From Balamuthia mandrillaris (taxonomy: Eukaryota), in contig JAVKOQ020000020.1 of the NCBI GenBank assembly GCA_031835245.2, positions 248,001 to 312,000 on the forward strand: 64,000 nucleotides of DNA. The letters are read 5' to 3'. Positions 1-10,633 of the stretch are shown here, in pieces. Made by a program: the position numbers and the translations under genes. Under the pieces are notes generated by a model. The model saw nothing but the letters and a program-made list of their open reading frames with translations, was not told the origin of the DNA and made no database searches. Every line of letters begins with the position of its first letter. The stretch's first letter is position 1.

Positions 1-1703
1 CTTCTTCTTCTTCCTCTCGTCACCTCTAACTGAAACTACAACAGAGGAAAGTACACAAGTGCCGCCAAAGGCACTTCACGAACCTACAAAGAGAGCATCG
101 GCTACACGCACGATGTCGTGTTGACCGACCTCGTTCCTGGCAGCACCTATTACTATATCTGTGGTGATGGAAGCAGCGACGTCTCTAAATGGAGCGCTGA
201 GTATAACTTTACTGCAGCTCCTGTGAGGGGACCTCCCGCCACTGCGCCTACTCGGGTGGCCATGTACGGAGACATGGGCACCTGGTACTCCTCTGACACT
301 ATCAAGCGAGTGGCTGAGCTCATCCATAAAGGAAGCTTGGACTTTGTTTATCACGTTGGAGACATGTCGTACGTTATTTTCGGTTTTTACGTTCTTTTGT
401 GCTTCTTTGTGCCTTTGTAGTGCTGTTCTCCTCACCTACGACCTTGTACTTTGTTTGTAGGTATGCCAACGATAGAATAAGTTACTGGTACCAGTCTGTT
501 TGGGATGAATGGTTCGGAATGATGACTCCGGTTATGTCTCGCGTGCCATACATGGTATTCACCCTTGCTTATCTTGCATGCTTCTCTTTCTTCTATTTGA
601 TTTCTTCGTTTCCTGAACTGCTTTCTGTTTCTTCTACTTCCACTGATCTTCAAACAAAACTAAAGGTATGCCCAGGAAACCATGAGCAACAGTCAGGCTT
701 TCCAACATTGTCCTACTCCACAAAGTTTAATCTCTACAACTATCGGTTCAGAATGCCCTTCCAGGAGAGCAACAGCACTGGACAGAACATGTGGTTCAGC
801 TTCGATTACAAGAACGTCCATTTCATTAGCATTAGCACTGAAACTGATTTTCCTGGATGGTTCTTTCATCTTCTGCTTGTTCTATCTTCTTCCTTCTTCC
901 TTTTTCTTTGTCTTCGTCTGACTTTGTTAACAAAAAAACAGTCCCTTTGCTGATACATTTGGAAATCAACTGGCATGGCTGGAAGCTGACTTGCAAAAAG
1001 CCAACAATAACAGAGCGCAGGTGCCTTGGATCATCGTTGTTGGCCACAGACCAATGTACAGCTCTGTGGACAGCATCTACGTCCAGTGGTATGTTGACGG
1101 CTTGAGAAAGGCTGTTGAAAAGGTATCTTCTCGCTCCTGTCTTCATCGCCCTCTTCTCTTTATCATTCTCTTCGTCGTGCTCTTCGTTCGCTTATTCTCT
1201 TCCTCGTTTACTTCTCCTAACACAAACCAAATAAAACAAAGTTGTTCCACACGTATCAAGTAGATCTTTACGTTTGCGGCCATGTCCATTCCTACGAACG
1301 TACTTGGCCCTTGCTGGATGGCAAAAAGACGGCCTCTTCCTACGACCACCCTCCTTCTCTCTCCCAAATCGTCACGGGCGCTGCTGGCGTACGTTTCTTT
1401 CGTTCTTCCGTTCGCCTGTTCATTCCTAACATTGTTCTCTTGCAGTGTATTGAAGGCTTAAACGATGGCTGGGCGTCTTCTCCAGCTGCTGTACGTCCCT
1501 CTTTCTTTCTTGTCGTTTCTTTCTTTCTTTCTCACTCTCTCGCTCTCGCTCTCGCTCTCTCTTAAACAAAGTGGTCAGCCCATCGGTATGGCAAAGGTGA
1601 AGGCTATGGCGTGTTGGAGGTCTTCAACAGCACCACCCTGCAATGGAGCTTCTTCCGCTCCGCTGATAACGGCCTCGAGGACTTTTTCGTTCTTCGTAAG
1701 TAA
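1..1703 (+). CDS. Purple acid phosphatase family metallophosphoesterase (5'-partial, multi-exon)
   Basis: Spliced exons give the PAP motifs YGDMG, HVGDMSYAND, CPGNHE, WIIVVGHRPMYSS and DLYVCGHVHSYER, plus FN3-like N-terminal TYYYICGD. Stop TAA at 1701-1703. Confidence 0.93.
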
Positions 1704-1856
1704 AAAACATGAGGCTTCATCTCTCTCTCAAAAAGTTTTGTGAATGTTTTGTTTCTGAAAGAAAGAAAGATGAGATGAGATTAAATAAAAAGTGGATGAG
1801 TGTTATTTTTTTAAATTCGTTTAGAAGAGAAAAGAAAGTCTATTTTTTTTTTTTTT

Positions 1857-2075
1857 TTAGTGGTGAACAGCCTCCAAAACGGAACGTATGTCGCCCCATA
1901 CGTCGTCAATGTTCTGGTTGCCGTCGATCATGACAAGCTTGTCCTGGAAGACGGGCAAGATCTTGGTCGTCTGCTCCGTGAAGACATTCAATCGCTTCCT
2001 CACCGTCTCTTCATTGTCATCAGGTCTATCAAAAAAAAGATTCGTTTAGTGATTTTGGATCGATTAATTGTTGCC

Positions 2076-2120
<45 letters not shown>

Positions 2121-2775
2121 ACTGACACACACAAAACAAAAAAACAAACCTTTGGATGAGGCGATCAGCAATCTCAGAGGGGGGAGGGGCGAATGTGACG
2201 TGATAGCTCTTGTTGGTCTCCGGGTCGATCCTCCTGCCGCACACCCTCTCCACAATGTTCTCATCGTCCACGTTCAGCAGGAACATGGCCTTGATGTCCA
2301 CGCCCAATTCCTTGAGGGCCTGAGCCTGGGCCTCCGTCCTGGGGAAGCCGTCCAGCAGGAAGCCGCGCTGCTGGATGTCCTCCTGCTCCAGGCGGTTGGC
2401 AATGATGCCAATGATGAGGTCGTCCGAGACGAGCTTGCCGCTCTCCATGATGGCCTTGGCCATGAGGCCCAGCTCCGTGCCGCGCTTCACCTCCTCACGC
2501 AGCATGTCCCCCGTGGAGAGGTGCACCACGCCGGTCATCTCCACGATGCGCTCGCACTGGGTGCCCTTGCCGCTGCCAGGGGCGCCGGCAATGATGTAGC
2601 CGTGGGCGTTGACCTTCCTGCCGCCTTTGTTGCACTTGGAGGAGCCGCAGCAGCTGCCGCAGTAGTAGCGTTGGTAGACAAAGGAGCCGGCCACGGCGGC
2701 CACTGCCGCTGTGGAGGCGATCACCGCCGCTTTGGTGAGCGTGCTAGACTCGGTCCACTGTTGCCACAAACCCAT
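1857..2775 (-). CDS. adk: Adenylate kinase with N-terminal hydrophobic anchor; one intron (~2027-2150)
   Basis: P-loop GAPGSGKGTQC, HLSTGDMLR, GFLLDGFPRT, LID GRRIDPETNKSYH. Exon 2 ends VLEAVHH* (TAA at 1857-1859). Confidence 0.93.
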
Positions 2776-3208
2776 GATGGATCAAAATTATATTTTGTTG
2801 CTTGCGTGAAGAAAAATCAGAGAAGGAATAGAGTAGCAGCAGCGGCGGGGCGGCGGCTGATGAAAAAAAAAAATCAATTCGATTGCACTCTGCGCAAGAG
2901 GGAGCGTGTTTGGCACTTATTTTTTTTTTTTCGCTAATGGCAAGCGCCCTTTTTTTTTGTCGTCAGGGAGCTGGCCACGTCATCCACGAAGAAAATTTGA
3001 AATTGGGTTGGACGATCTGAGAAAATCGAATAATGATCTCGATTCCAGATAAAAGGTGTTCCCTTGGGGTCAAACCCTGCACCAATTGACCAAGGCGCTT
3101 GCAACAAAACAGGAAGAAGTAACGTCTTCTAGGAGTTCCTTGTAACGTCTGCTACTTCTTTTTCGTTTGTGCTTGCTTCTTCTTCGAATCTTCTTGGGGT
3201 CAGGGTCA

Positions 3209-3246
<38 letters not shown>

Positions 3247-3280
3247 AAGTGTCCAATTCACACAAACACAGTGCATATTC

Positions 3281-4806
3281 ATGTTCGGTTGGTCGCGTCG
3301 TCTCTCTGCTGCTCCTGCTTCTACCCCCGCTTTCTGGCCGTTGTTCCAACAACCTCGGAAGCTAGTGGATGCTGACAAGGATGGCCTCCTCCGGGTGGAC
3401 CCCTCCGTGCTGAACATGCTGTTGGCCCTGAAGGAACACCCTCTGGTGAAGAGGCAAAACAACGACCAGCAACAGAACCTCTTCGTGGTCGCCATTGCCG
3501 GGCCTTATCGCACCGGCAAGTCCTTCCTGCTGGGCCAAATAATGCAAACCTGGTCTTCTTCTTCTTCTTCTTCTTCTTCTTCTTCTTCCGAGAAAGAAAG
3601 AGAAGAAGGAGAAGAGAAGAAACGAGACACAAGCCCATGCTTCAAAGTTGGGGAGACGTTGAAAGGGCAAACCATGGGAATATGGGTGATGGCCTCCGTG
3701 GTGGAGGGAGACAAGGTGGTGCTCTTCATGGACTCCGAGGGGACACACAACTCCATGGCGAGGCAGGAGATGGACAGAGCCACGTTGGACGCCAGGATAT
3801 TCGCGCTTGTCATGCTGCTGAGCAACGTGCTGATGTATAATACACATGCCAGATTGGAGGAAGCTGCTTTGCAACAACTTTCGTACATTCCGCCTTCTCC
3901 CTTCGTCTGTCTTCTTTCTTCTCTGTTTCCTCTTCTGTTATCTGCTTGCTTCTTCTCTTCTGCCAAACTCAACGGCGTGGTTAAAAACAATATTATCTCA
4001 GGTTTATGGCATCATTGACAGAACACATGCAACAAGAAGACTCACTCAAACTCACTTTTCCACATCTGGTCTGGATCCTTCGAGACTTTCAAGACTGGGC
4101 TAGTCTCCACCAGCTCTTCCCAGATGGCGACGCCAACAAACTCTACCTCGAAACAGTCCTTTCTACATCTTGTTCTTCTTCATCATCTTCAGCAACATCC
4201 GTAAGAGAAGCCATTCAAAAAATGTTTCCGGCAACAAGAAGAACCTGTCATCCTATGCACCTTCCCATTTATCCTATTGAACGGTTGCAACAGCAAAGAG
4301 AAAAGAAGGCCAGCAACAGCTTGGAACTAGAAGAGAGCTTCCAAAGGGACATCAGCGAGTTGGTGTCTTTCTTGCGAGAGCGTCTTTCCCAAGAACAAAG
4401 TGTACCTATAGATGGTTTGTTTCTATTTCCTTCTTTCTTATTTGTTGTTCTTCTCTGCTCTGTCCTTGTCTGTTAACTTTCGCCGAACAACCCAAAACGA
4501 AAAAGATTATGTAAAGCTGATACGACTCTCCGTGAAGGCAATGAACTCAAAGTTGCAAGAGGTGAATGGTTTCGTGCCGGACGTTCTTGCTCGACTATGT
4601 TTGGAAGAGTCTTTGAGAATGTTTGACGAACGTATGGATCTATTCTCGGATAGGTTTCCTGTTTCTTCTTCAGTATTAGAGCTAGAGATTGAGAAGAGCA
4701 TAGAGATGGCGTTACAACGCTTTGTTGATGCTGCTTATGGACCCTCCAAACTGGCATTACAACAAAAGATGGAGGTTCAGTATTCTGAATGCATTTATTT
4801 TTTGTG

Positions 4807-4850
<44 letters not shown>

Positions 4851-5141
4851 ACTAATCATCGTTTTGACCAGAAACTGTTGGCAAAGAAAGTTGAACGTGT
4901 TAGAGCCAAAAACAACAAAAGTACAATGTCTTCTACGAACCTCGGCTCTTTCATCATTCTTTTGTTGCTTGTAACGCTAGGAGGAAGCTTCCTCCTCCTT
5001 CGCGATCCATTTGCTGCACTTCTCTTTTGCCTCTTGTTGACTCTTTTAGTGTTTGCCGTTGTCAGAAAACTTCAATCACTTGGCAATGCTCTTCTTCAAC
5101 AACACCGTTGGCTCTCCTGGTCACATGCAAAACAGGAGTAA
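3281..5141 (+). CDS. Guanylate-binding protein/atlastin family large GTPase with C-terminal transmembrane hairpin
   Basis: G1 AGPYRTGKSFLL, G2 QTMGIWV, G3 FMDSEG, G4 WILRDF. Introns ~3883-4001, ~4414-4506, ~4774-4870. Two hydrophobic helices near the C-terminus. Confidence 0.85.
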
Positions 5142-5358
5142 AGATGGTACCTCCTATTCTCCTTTCTTGAAACCACCCTTCCCCAGTTCCTTCTAAGCAA
5201 TCTCTAAAGCCTTAAAGCCCTGGCGTCCAGGGTAGGGCCTGTTTAGAAGGAACGAAGCCTCTCTCTGCTGCTGTAATAGCAAGGAGGAGAGGTTTTATTA
5301 TTTTCTATTCTTGCCAGTATTTAAATTATGTTTCTTCTTTACATTTCAGTTTTTGTGT

Positions 5359-5702
5359 TTACTCAAAGGCGCTCCATGCTCTGGAGAACATATGGTCATC
5401 ACACAGACCAAAGACTTGTCTCGCTGACAAATATTCTCTCAGGTCCTCTTTCCAAAGCCTGTAGAGTCTGAACAGCAGAAAAGCAAACTGGTGTCTATTG
5501 GCTGCTTTTGCAAATTGCTTCTTGTCGTCTCCGTGTTCTTTGAGCTGGTTCCATGCGTGGTCCAGAGAGGAGCACATTCGTTCATATTTGTCGGAAAGCT
5601 CTTTGTGGAAGGTTTGCCACGTTGGTAAGTAACGAATAAATGTTTCGCTGCAATTGTATCTCAACTATTTTAAAGTTAGGAAAAACAGAATTGAAAGAGA
5701 GA

Positions 5703-5747
<45 letters not shown>

Positions 5748-8519
5748 AACCAATTCTAGCATGTGCCGTTCGTCCATGTCAGCGCGAAGGTTCAAGGGAC
5801 CAACACCAGAAAAGTCAGTGCCCAACGCCACTGCCACATGTAGAGGACATCTAACCTTTACTAGTCTTCCACTAAGCGGAGTACAATGAAAAATGTTAAC
5901 ACAGAAAGAAAGAAAAGGGAAAGAAATGATGTAACAAACCTGCAATGGAAACGAACAACAAGACCCTTTTGCAGGAAGAGTTAAAACAGGCAAGAATCTC
6001 TCTCGTGGAGTGGTGAAGCACGTACTTTAGTCAAGAAAGGATTCAAAGTTTTAGCCTTTGCAAAGACTTGATTCAATGAAACGAGCTCGGGGAATACTCT
6101 TGGTGTGAGCCAGTTCTTCTCTTCCTAAGAATTAAGAGAGTTGAGTGAACATGCAACTGAACACATGAAGAGGATATATACAGCAATCGCAGTTAGATCA
6201 TGGCACTCTTGCAAACTTGGAATGGTGGTTGCACCCACGAAGATGAGTCTATCTTGTTCAGGTCTGGTGATATACCGATGTAATGGAGTTTGTAGGACAA
6301 ACGTATAGCACCTTCGAAATGGAACACAGAAAGAAAGCGTATAACATAAGAGAATACATAGAGGAAAAGATAAGCGCAAAAAAGAGTGAGAAAAAGAAGA
6401 TTCAGAAACAGCAACGAACCTGGAGGTATCATTAGGAAGGGAGTATCCATCTCTGTTCCAAGTGTTCCAAAAGAGAGACTCAAAGGTGATGTTACGCGAA
6501 TCTCCTTTCCACGAGAGGTCCATCTGTGGTTTAGCCGGCTCGTCTTCAGAAATAAGAGAGGTGAGACAAAAGAAAAGAGAGAAAAGCAGAGAAGGGTAAG
6601 CATACACATGGAAGAAATATGCCATTGCCGGTTATAGTGATAAAGCAAAGCGGGAGTTCCTTCCAAGTATTCCGTGACTTCTATTTCTTCTTTCTCCTCT
6701 TCCTCTGTTTGAGCCTCTTTTTTAGTTTGGTCATGACTTTCTTCAGGATCAGAAGAAAAGCGAGCAACCACTTTCCAGTTACATGTGATATCAAGAATTA
6801 GTCCTTTACATGTTTCACGTTTAATGTTTGCTGTATCATAGGAAGGCGTTGATGGAGTAAATGGCTGGTGTCGAACAAGCAAAGAGACCTGTGAGAAAAA
6901 GAGCAAGAACAACGAAAAAGAATGACAGAAGAAAGAACGAAGAAATGGCAAAGGACAAGACTTACATCGTGTCGGAGAAATACTAAATTCGGATATTCAG
7001 AATGAAAGCAATAACAAACATTTCTCGAAGCTGCCAAACGCTGAAGAGCTTCTGTCCAGTTCCCGCCACATTTTTCAGTCTCGTCTCTTAAATACGTTAC
7101 AACATCCAATGATGCTTCCTTTTCGTCCGCTTCTAGTTTCCATGTTTCTGGTTCTACCATTTGTTGCTGTTGTCGTTGTTGCTGCCAATAAAGCTCCATC
7201 ATCGTTTTCATTCCTTGTCTTTCCGTTTCTCGTTTGCTGTAAAAGTGAGAATAGGTTCTCAAACTTTTGAGTTTCTCGCGTAGACTCTGAAATATTGGTT
7301 TGTACTTTGCGAGGATGGCTTGGTTGAAACGAAGCGTGACGTTATCTTTTTTGGTTTCTTCTTCGTTTGTTTCATCTACAGAAGAAGAAGCAGAAGAAGA
7401 ACAAGAAGGAGGAGAAGGAGGTGAAGTAGAAGTAGAAGACTCGGAAAGAATGGATTGTTGATAGTCATTAGCAGCAGCATAGTCATGAATTGTTCCCTAT
7501 TAAACATTTTTACAAAAAGAAATTGAGAAATAGAGAACAGAGAACAGATCAAACAAAAAAAATACCGTTTGAACCAGTTGGATGGCAAACAGAAGGTAGC
7601 GAAGCGCATGAATGACTTCCTTCTTGGCTCTTTTGTAGTTATAAGGAGTAGCTCCCAATACTCTCAGCTTGTTGCCAGCATTCCTAAATCCTCTCTTCGC
7701 TTCCCACAGCGCCGTCCTTTCATGTGACAACTTAGAAATAAAAAAACCACAAACCACAAACGCAACAAGACAGACAAAAATAAATAATATCACAGAGAAA
7801 CGAAAGGAAGTTTTTTTTTTTAAAAAAAAGGAGAAGAGAAGTAATACCTACCGGCGAAGGATATCCGGATCCAATTGAAACTCAATGGGAGCTTGTTCCA
7901 GCCAAACGTGCTCTCTTGGAAGACACGCCACCTCCAACGCTTGGTGCCGGTGCTCGTATAACTAAAGCTTACCACATAAACAAATAATACAAAATAGAAC
8001 AGAACAGAACAGAACAGAACAAACCGATAGCATAAAGTCGTGATAAGGTATCAAAGACACGTTGACGAGGCCATCATCAAACACGGGAAACATGTGCGTG
8101 TCAATGTCCGATATGTTGCTCTTCAGCTTGTGTGAAGAAGAAACAGAAGCAGAAGCAGAAGAAGAAGCAGAAGCAGAACAAGAAGAACAAGAAGAACAAG
8201 CAGCAGCATGAGAGGAGAAAGTAATGGTGGTGTCAAATAAGCGAACGTCATGCTCCGTGTTGTACTTTGTCAGAGCGACAAGGTCATAGTCTGAGTCGGG
8301 AGAAGCACACCCATACACTCTGTTGCTTTCCCAAAAAGCAAAAACCAACAGAAAGACACAATGATAAGAGAGATAGAAACAAATGGGAAACACTTACAAG
8401 AAAAACAAAAGGTTTGAACCTAGTACGAACCTTGAGCCCCACAAGTACACGTTCAAGACTCGCTCTCGAATGGCGGGATCGTGCTTTTCCAACCGAACGA
8501 ACAAAGCCTCCAAATCCAT
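5359..8519 (-). CDS. Pol-beta-type nucleotidyltransferase fused to a degenerate T4 Rnl1-like RNA ligase domain (multi-exon)
   Basis: Exon 1 (8431-8519) plus exon 2 (from 8319) give NVYLWGSRVYGCASPDSDYDLV. Later exons give AKKEVIHALRYLLFAIQL, CKGLILDITCNWKVVARF, VTEYLEGTPALLYHYNRQWHISS, FESLFWNTW, CYTFVLQTP and LNPFLTKGLVV...LVKVRCP. All joins use GT-AG introns; stop at 5359. Confidence 0.8.
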
Positions 8520-8806
8520 CTTTCTTACACGGTAAGACTTCTCCTCGTTTATTTTATGATAAATTCCCCAAAATGATCGATGAACGAACCTATTTTGGTA
8601 AATAATCGATAATTATTGTCTACAAATAATTTCCACTAACGAAAAAATCGACGAACAAAAAAGAACAACAGACAAGGAAACCGCCATAGCAAAAAAAGAA
8701 GGAGGGAGGGGTACAAAAAGCAAGTTTCGACAGGGTACAAAGGGTAAAAGAAGAAAAGAGTGAAGAGGGGAAGGAAGGAACGAAAGCAAAAAAAAACAAA
8801 AAAAAA

Positions 8807-8925
8807 AGGATACAGCACGATGGATTCCCGGGTGGTCACCCACCCCAGTACTAACATCGCCTGGCGGAGCTTAACTTCGCTGATCGGACGGGAAGCGGTG
8901 CTTTCTCCGCAGTATGGCCGTATCC
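8807..8925 (-). rRNA. 5S: 5S rRNA (copy 1)
   Basis: 119-nt GGATACGGCCATAC...GTGCTGTATCCT containing AGTTAAGC and TTAGTACTGGGGTGGGTGACC; followed by an oligo-T Pol III terminator on the minus strand. Confidence 0.98.
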
Positions 8926-9021
8926 AGCATTAAACGATTCCTGCTTGCTGGAGTGCCCTATAGACCCACTAAAACTCAAAGGGCAATAGGAACAAGAGAG
9001 CTCCACGCAGCAATGCCAGAA

Positions 9022-9228
9022 CCTATCTTCTCATACATCGGCTCCGATCAAGTGTAGTATCTGTTCTATCTAGCTTAATCCCTGGATGACACGTCCTTCT
9101 AGACTGTCTCTTTTGATTAAACCTATTTTTCTCCTTAGGGAGGGTGTGAGGTGCGTTTTGGTTCGTTGGCTTGCCGGCTGAACCGCCTTCACACCGCGGA
9201 TTGGCTCTGGGTTGTTGCAACGGTCCAC
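9022..9228 (+). ncRNA. U2: U2 spliceosomal snRNA (divergent; ends approximate)
   Basis: GATCAAGTGTAGTATCTGTTCT at 9046-9067 with branch-point recognition GTAGTA at 9054-9059. Stem IIa ATCTAG/CTGGAT has loop CTTAATCC complementary to downstream GATTAA (IIc). Stem IIb, Sm-like ATTTTT at 9125-9130, stem III with GGCTTGCC apex, and TTGCA in the 3' stem-loop. Confidence 0.9.
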
Positions 9229-9477
9229 CTTTTTATCTCACGAAATAACGAAGAATAGGTAACAAGGTCGCCGGATAAGCTATTGGGTTGTTCATAGAAT
9301 AGCGGGAAATGCTGATAGACCCTCCATCTATACCAATGTTGTTGAGCTGGCCGGAACCCTTCGGTGCATTCAATGCCTTCTTATTGTAAACAACATACAA
9401 ATGCACATGTACAGACTAGCCAAACAGCAGAAAGGGAAGTGCGAACCAAGTAGGACCATGCTGCAAGAAACACAGTC

Positions 9478-9596
9478 GGATACGGCCATACTGCGGAGAA
9501 AGCACCGCTTCCCGTCCGATCAGCGAAGTTAAGCTCCGCCAGGCGATGTTAGTACTGGGGTGGGTGACCACCCGGGAATCCATCGTGCTGTATCCT
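9478..9596 (+). rRNA. 5S: 5S rRNA (copy 2)
   Basis: Exact reverse complement of copy 1; T8 run at 9600-9607. Confidence 0.98.
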
Positions 9597-9599
9597 CCC

Positions 9600-9607
9600 T
9601 TTTTTTT
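9600..9607 (+). terminator. Pol III oligo-T terminator of 5S copy 2
   Basis: T8 run 3 nt after the 5S 3' end. Confidence 0.8.
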
Positions 9608-9674
9608 GCGTTGGGTATCCTACCTAACCCTTACTTTTCTCCTTTCTCTTCTTCATTTGTTGTTGCTCTAGAGC

Positions 9675-10500
9675 CTTTCTGTTTGGTGGGCATTTTGAGT
9701 TTGATCAAGTAGTATCTGGTCTATCTAGCATTCTCTCTGGGTGACAGTCGCCCAGACTGTCTCTGATGATTATATGATTATTTTTAAGGGGCGGAAAGCT
9801 AACTTTAACCTACAGTAAAAGGGTTAGTTGCCATCAAACAACATGTTGGTTTGGTGCCGTCACTCCTTTCAGCACCGAGGGACACCGCTGCTCTTTGAGT
9901 GAGAACGTACGTCTCGCAAAGCGACTTGGACAGGACGAATCCTCACCTCATTCTGCTCGTCAACAAAAAATTCAAGCCAAGCAAAAAAAGGCTCAGACCA
10001 GAATAGTGACTGGTCCTATGGAGAAACGCTTGAAAAAAGAACACTGTTAGAATGGCCCACACTCATGTACCTTTTTGCAACCTCTGAATTTTTTTCAAGC
10101 GTTGAAAAAAATTCAGAAAAAAACGAGGTAGAGTTCAGAATGGAGCTCAGCCTCAACGCTTGAAAAAAGAACACTGTTAGAATGGCCCACACTCATGTAC
10201 CTTTTTGCAACCTCTCAGGCTGAGCTCCATTCTGAACTCTACCTCGCAGCAAGCATAGTAGCAACAAACAACGGTGAATTTCTTTGCCTCAACGGTGTTT
10301 CTGTCCCTCTTATGGACTCTTTCAAGACGAAAGATGCTTGCAACCGATCGCTTTGTTGTTTTTGTGGTGCGGCTCTTGTGCACAAAATAGCTCTTGGAAT
10401 TATGGTACCAAAGCGAGCAGGGAAGGTGTGAGGCATTCTGCGCTTGGCTGGCTTGCCAGCTGAACTGGCCTCACTCTTAGCGGTTGTTGCACCCATTGGT
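9675..10500 (+). pseudogene. U2: Second U2 snRNA copy (variant or pseudogene) interrupted by a ~628-bp insert at 9791-10418
   Basis: 5' half: GATCAAGTAGTATCTGGTCT, IIa ATCTAG/CTGGGT, IIb GACAGTC/GACTGTC, Sm-like ATTTTT at 9780-9785. 3' half from 10419: GGTGTGAGGC...GCTGGCTTGCCAGC...GCCTCAC...GTTGTTGCA, which aligns to 9138-9220. Confidence 0.8.
10025..10246. repeat. Nested direct and inverted micro-rearrangement
   Basis: 61-bp direct repeat (10025-10085, 10155-10215), 30-bp inverted repeat (10124-10153, 10217-10246), and a 16-bp perfect hairpin at 10083-10117. Confidence 0.92.
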
Positions 10501-10633
10501 TCATTGGTGGAAAGGCAGAAAGCAAAAAAGCAAAAAAGGAGAGAGGGGTACAAAAGCAAGTTTCGACAGGATACAAAGGGTAAAAGAAGAAAAGAGTGAA
10601 GAGGGGAAGGAACGAAAGCATTTTTAAAAAAAA

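Noticed and set aside
1123..1241. GTATCTTC donor in the phosphatase gene as a second U12 intron
   Set aside because: It mismatches GTATCCTT, has an ordinary CTAAC branch farther from the 3' site, and is phase 0; more likely U2-type.
2152..2937. Long antisense ORFs opposite GC-rich exons (also 34159-34818, 41259-41909, 50395-51141)
   Set aside because: Shadow ORFs caused by codon bias of the real genes on the other strand.
7717..7852. Apparent in-frame TAG before a GT donor in the NTase gene (possible readthrough or recoding)
   Set aside because: The donor CG|GTAGGT with acceptor ...CATGAAAG|G gives an open frame, DILRRTALWEAK, with no recoding needed.
8613..8857. ORFs MGDHPGIHRAV.../MLVLGWVTTRES... 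here and at 10239-11204
   Set aside because: They are translations of the 5S rRNA genes and their flanks, not proteins.
10025..10215. Repeat-spacer-repeat pattern resembling CRISPR
   Set aside because: Only two 61-bp copies, the spacer is made of local inverted sequence, the context is eukaryotic and no cas genes are present.
9791..10418. U2 insert as a spliceosomal intron
   Set aside because: No GT donor at the 5' junction and no convincing branch site or pyrimidine tract near 10418.
9778..10431. Possible transposase or reverse-transcriptase ORF in the U2 insert
   Set aside because: The frame closes at 10050, no recognisable motif is present, and I see no terminal inverted repeats or poly-A tail, so the element class cannot be called.
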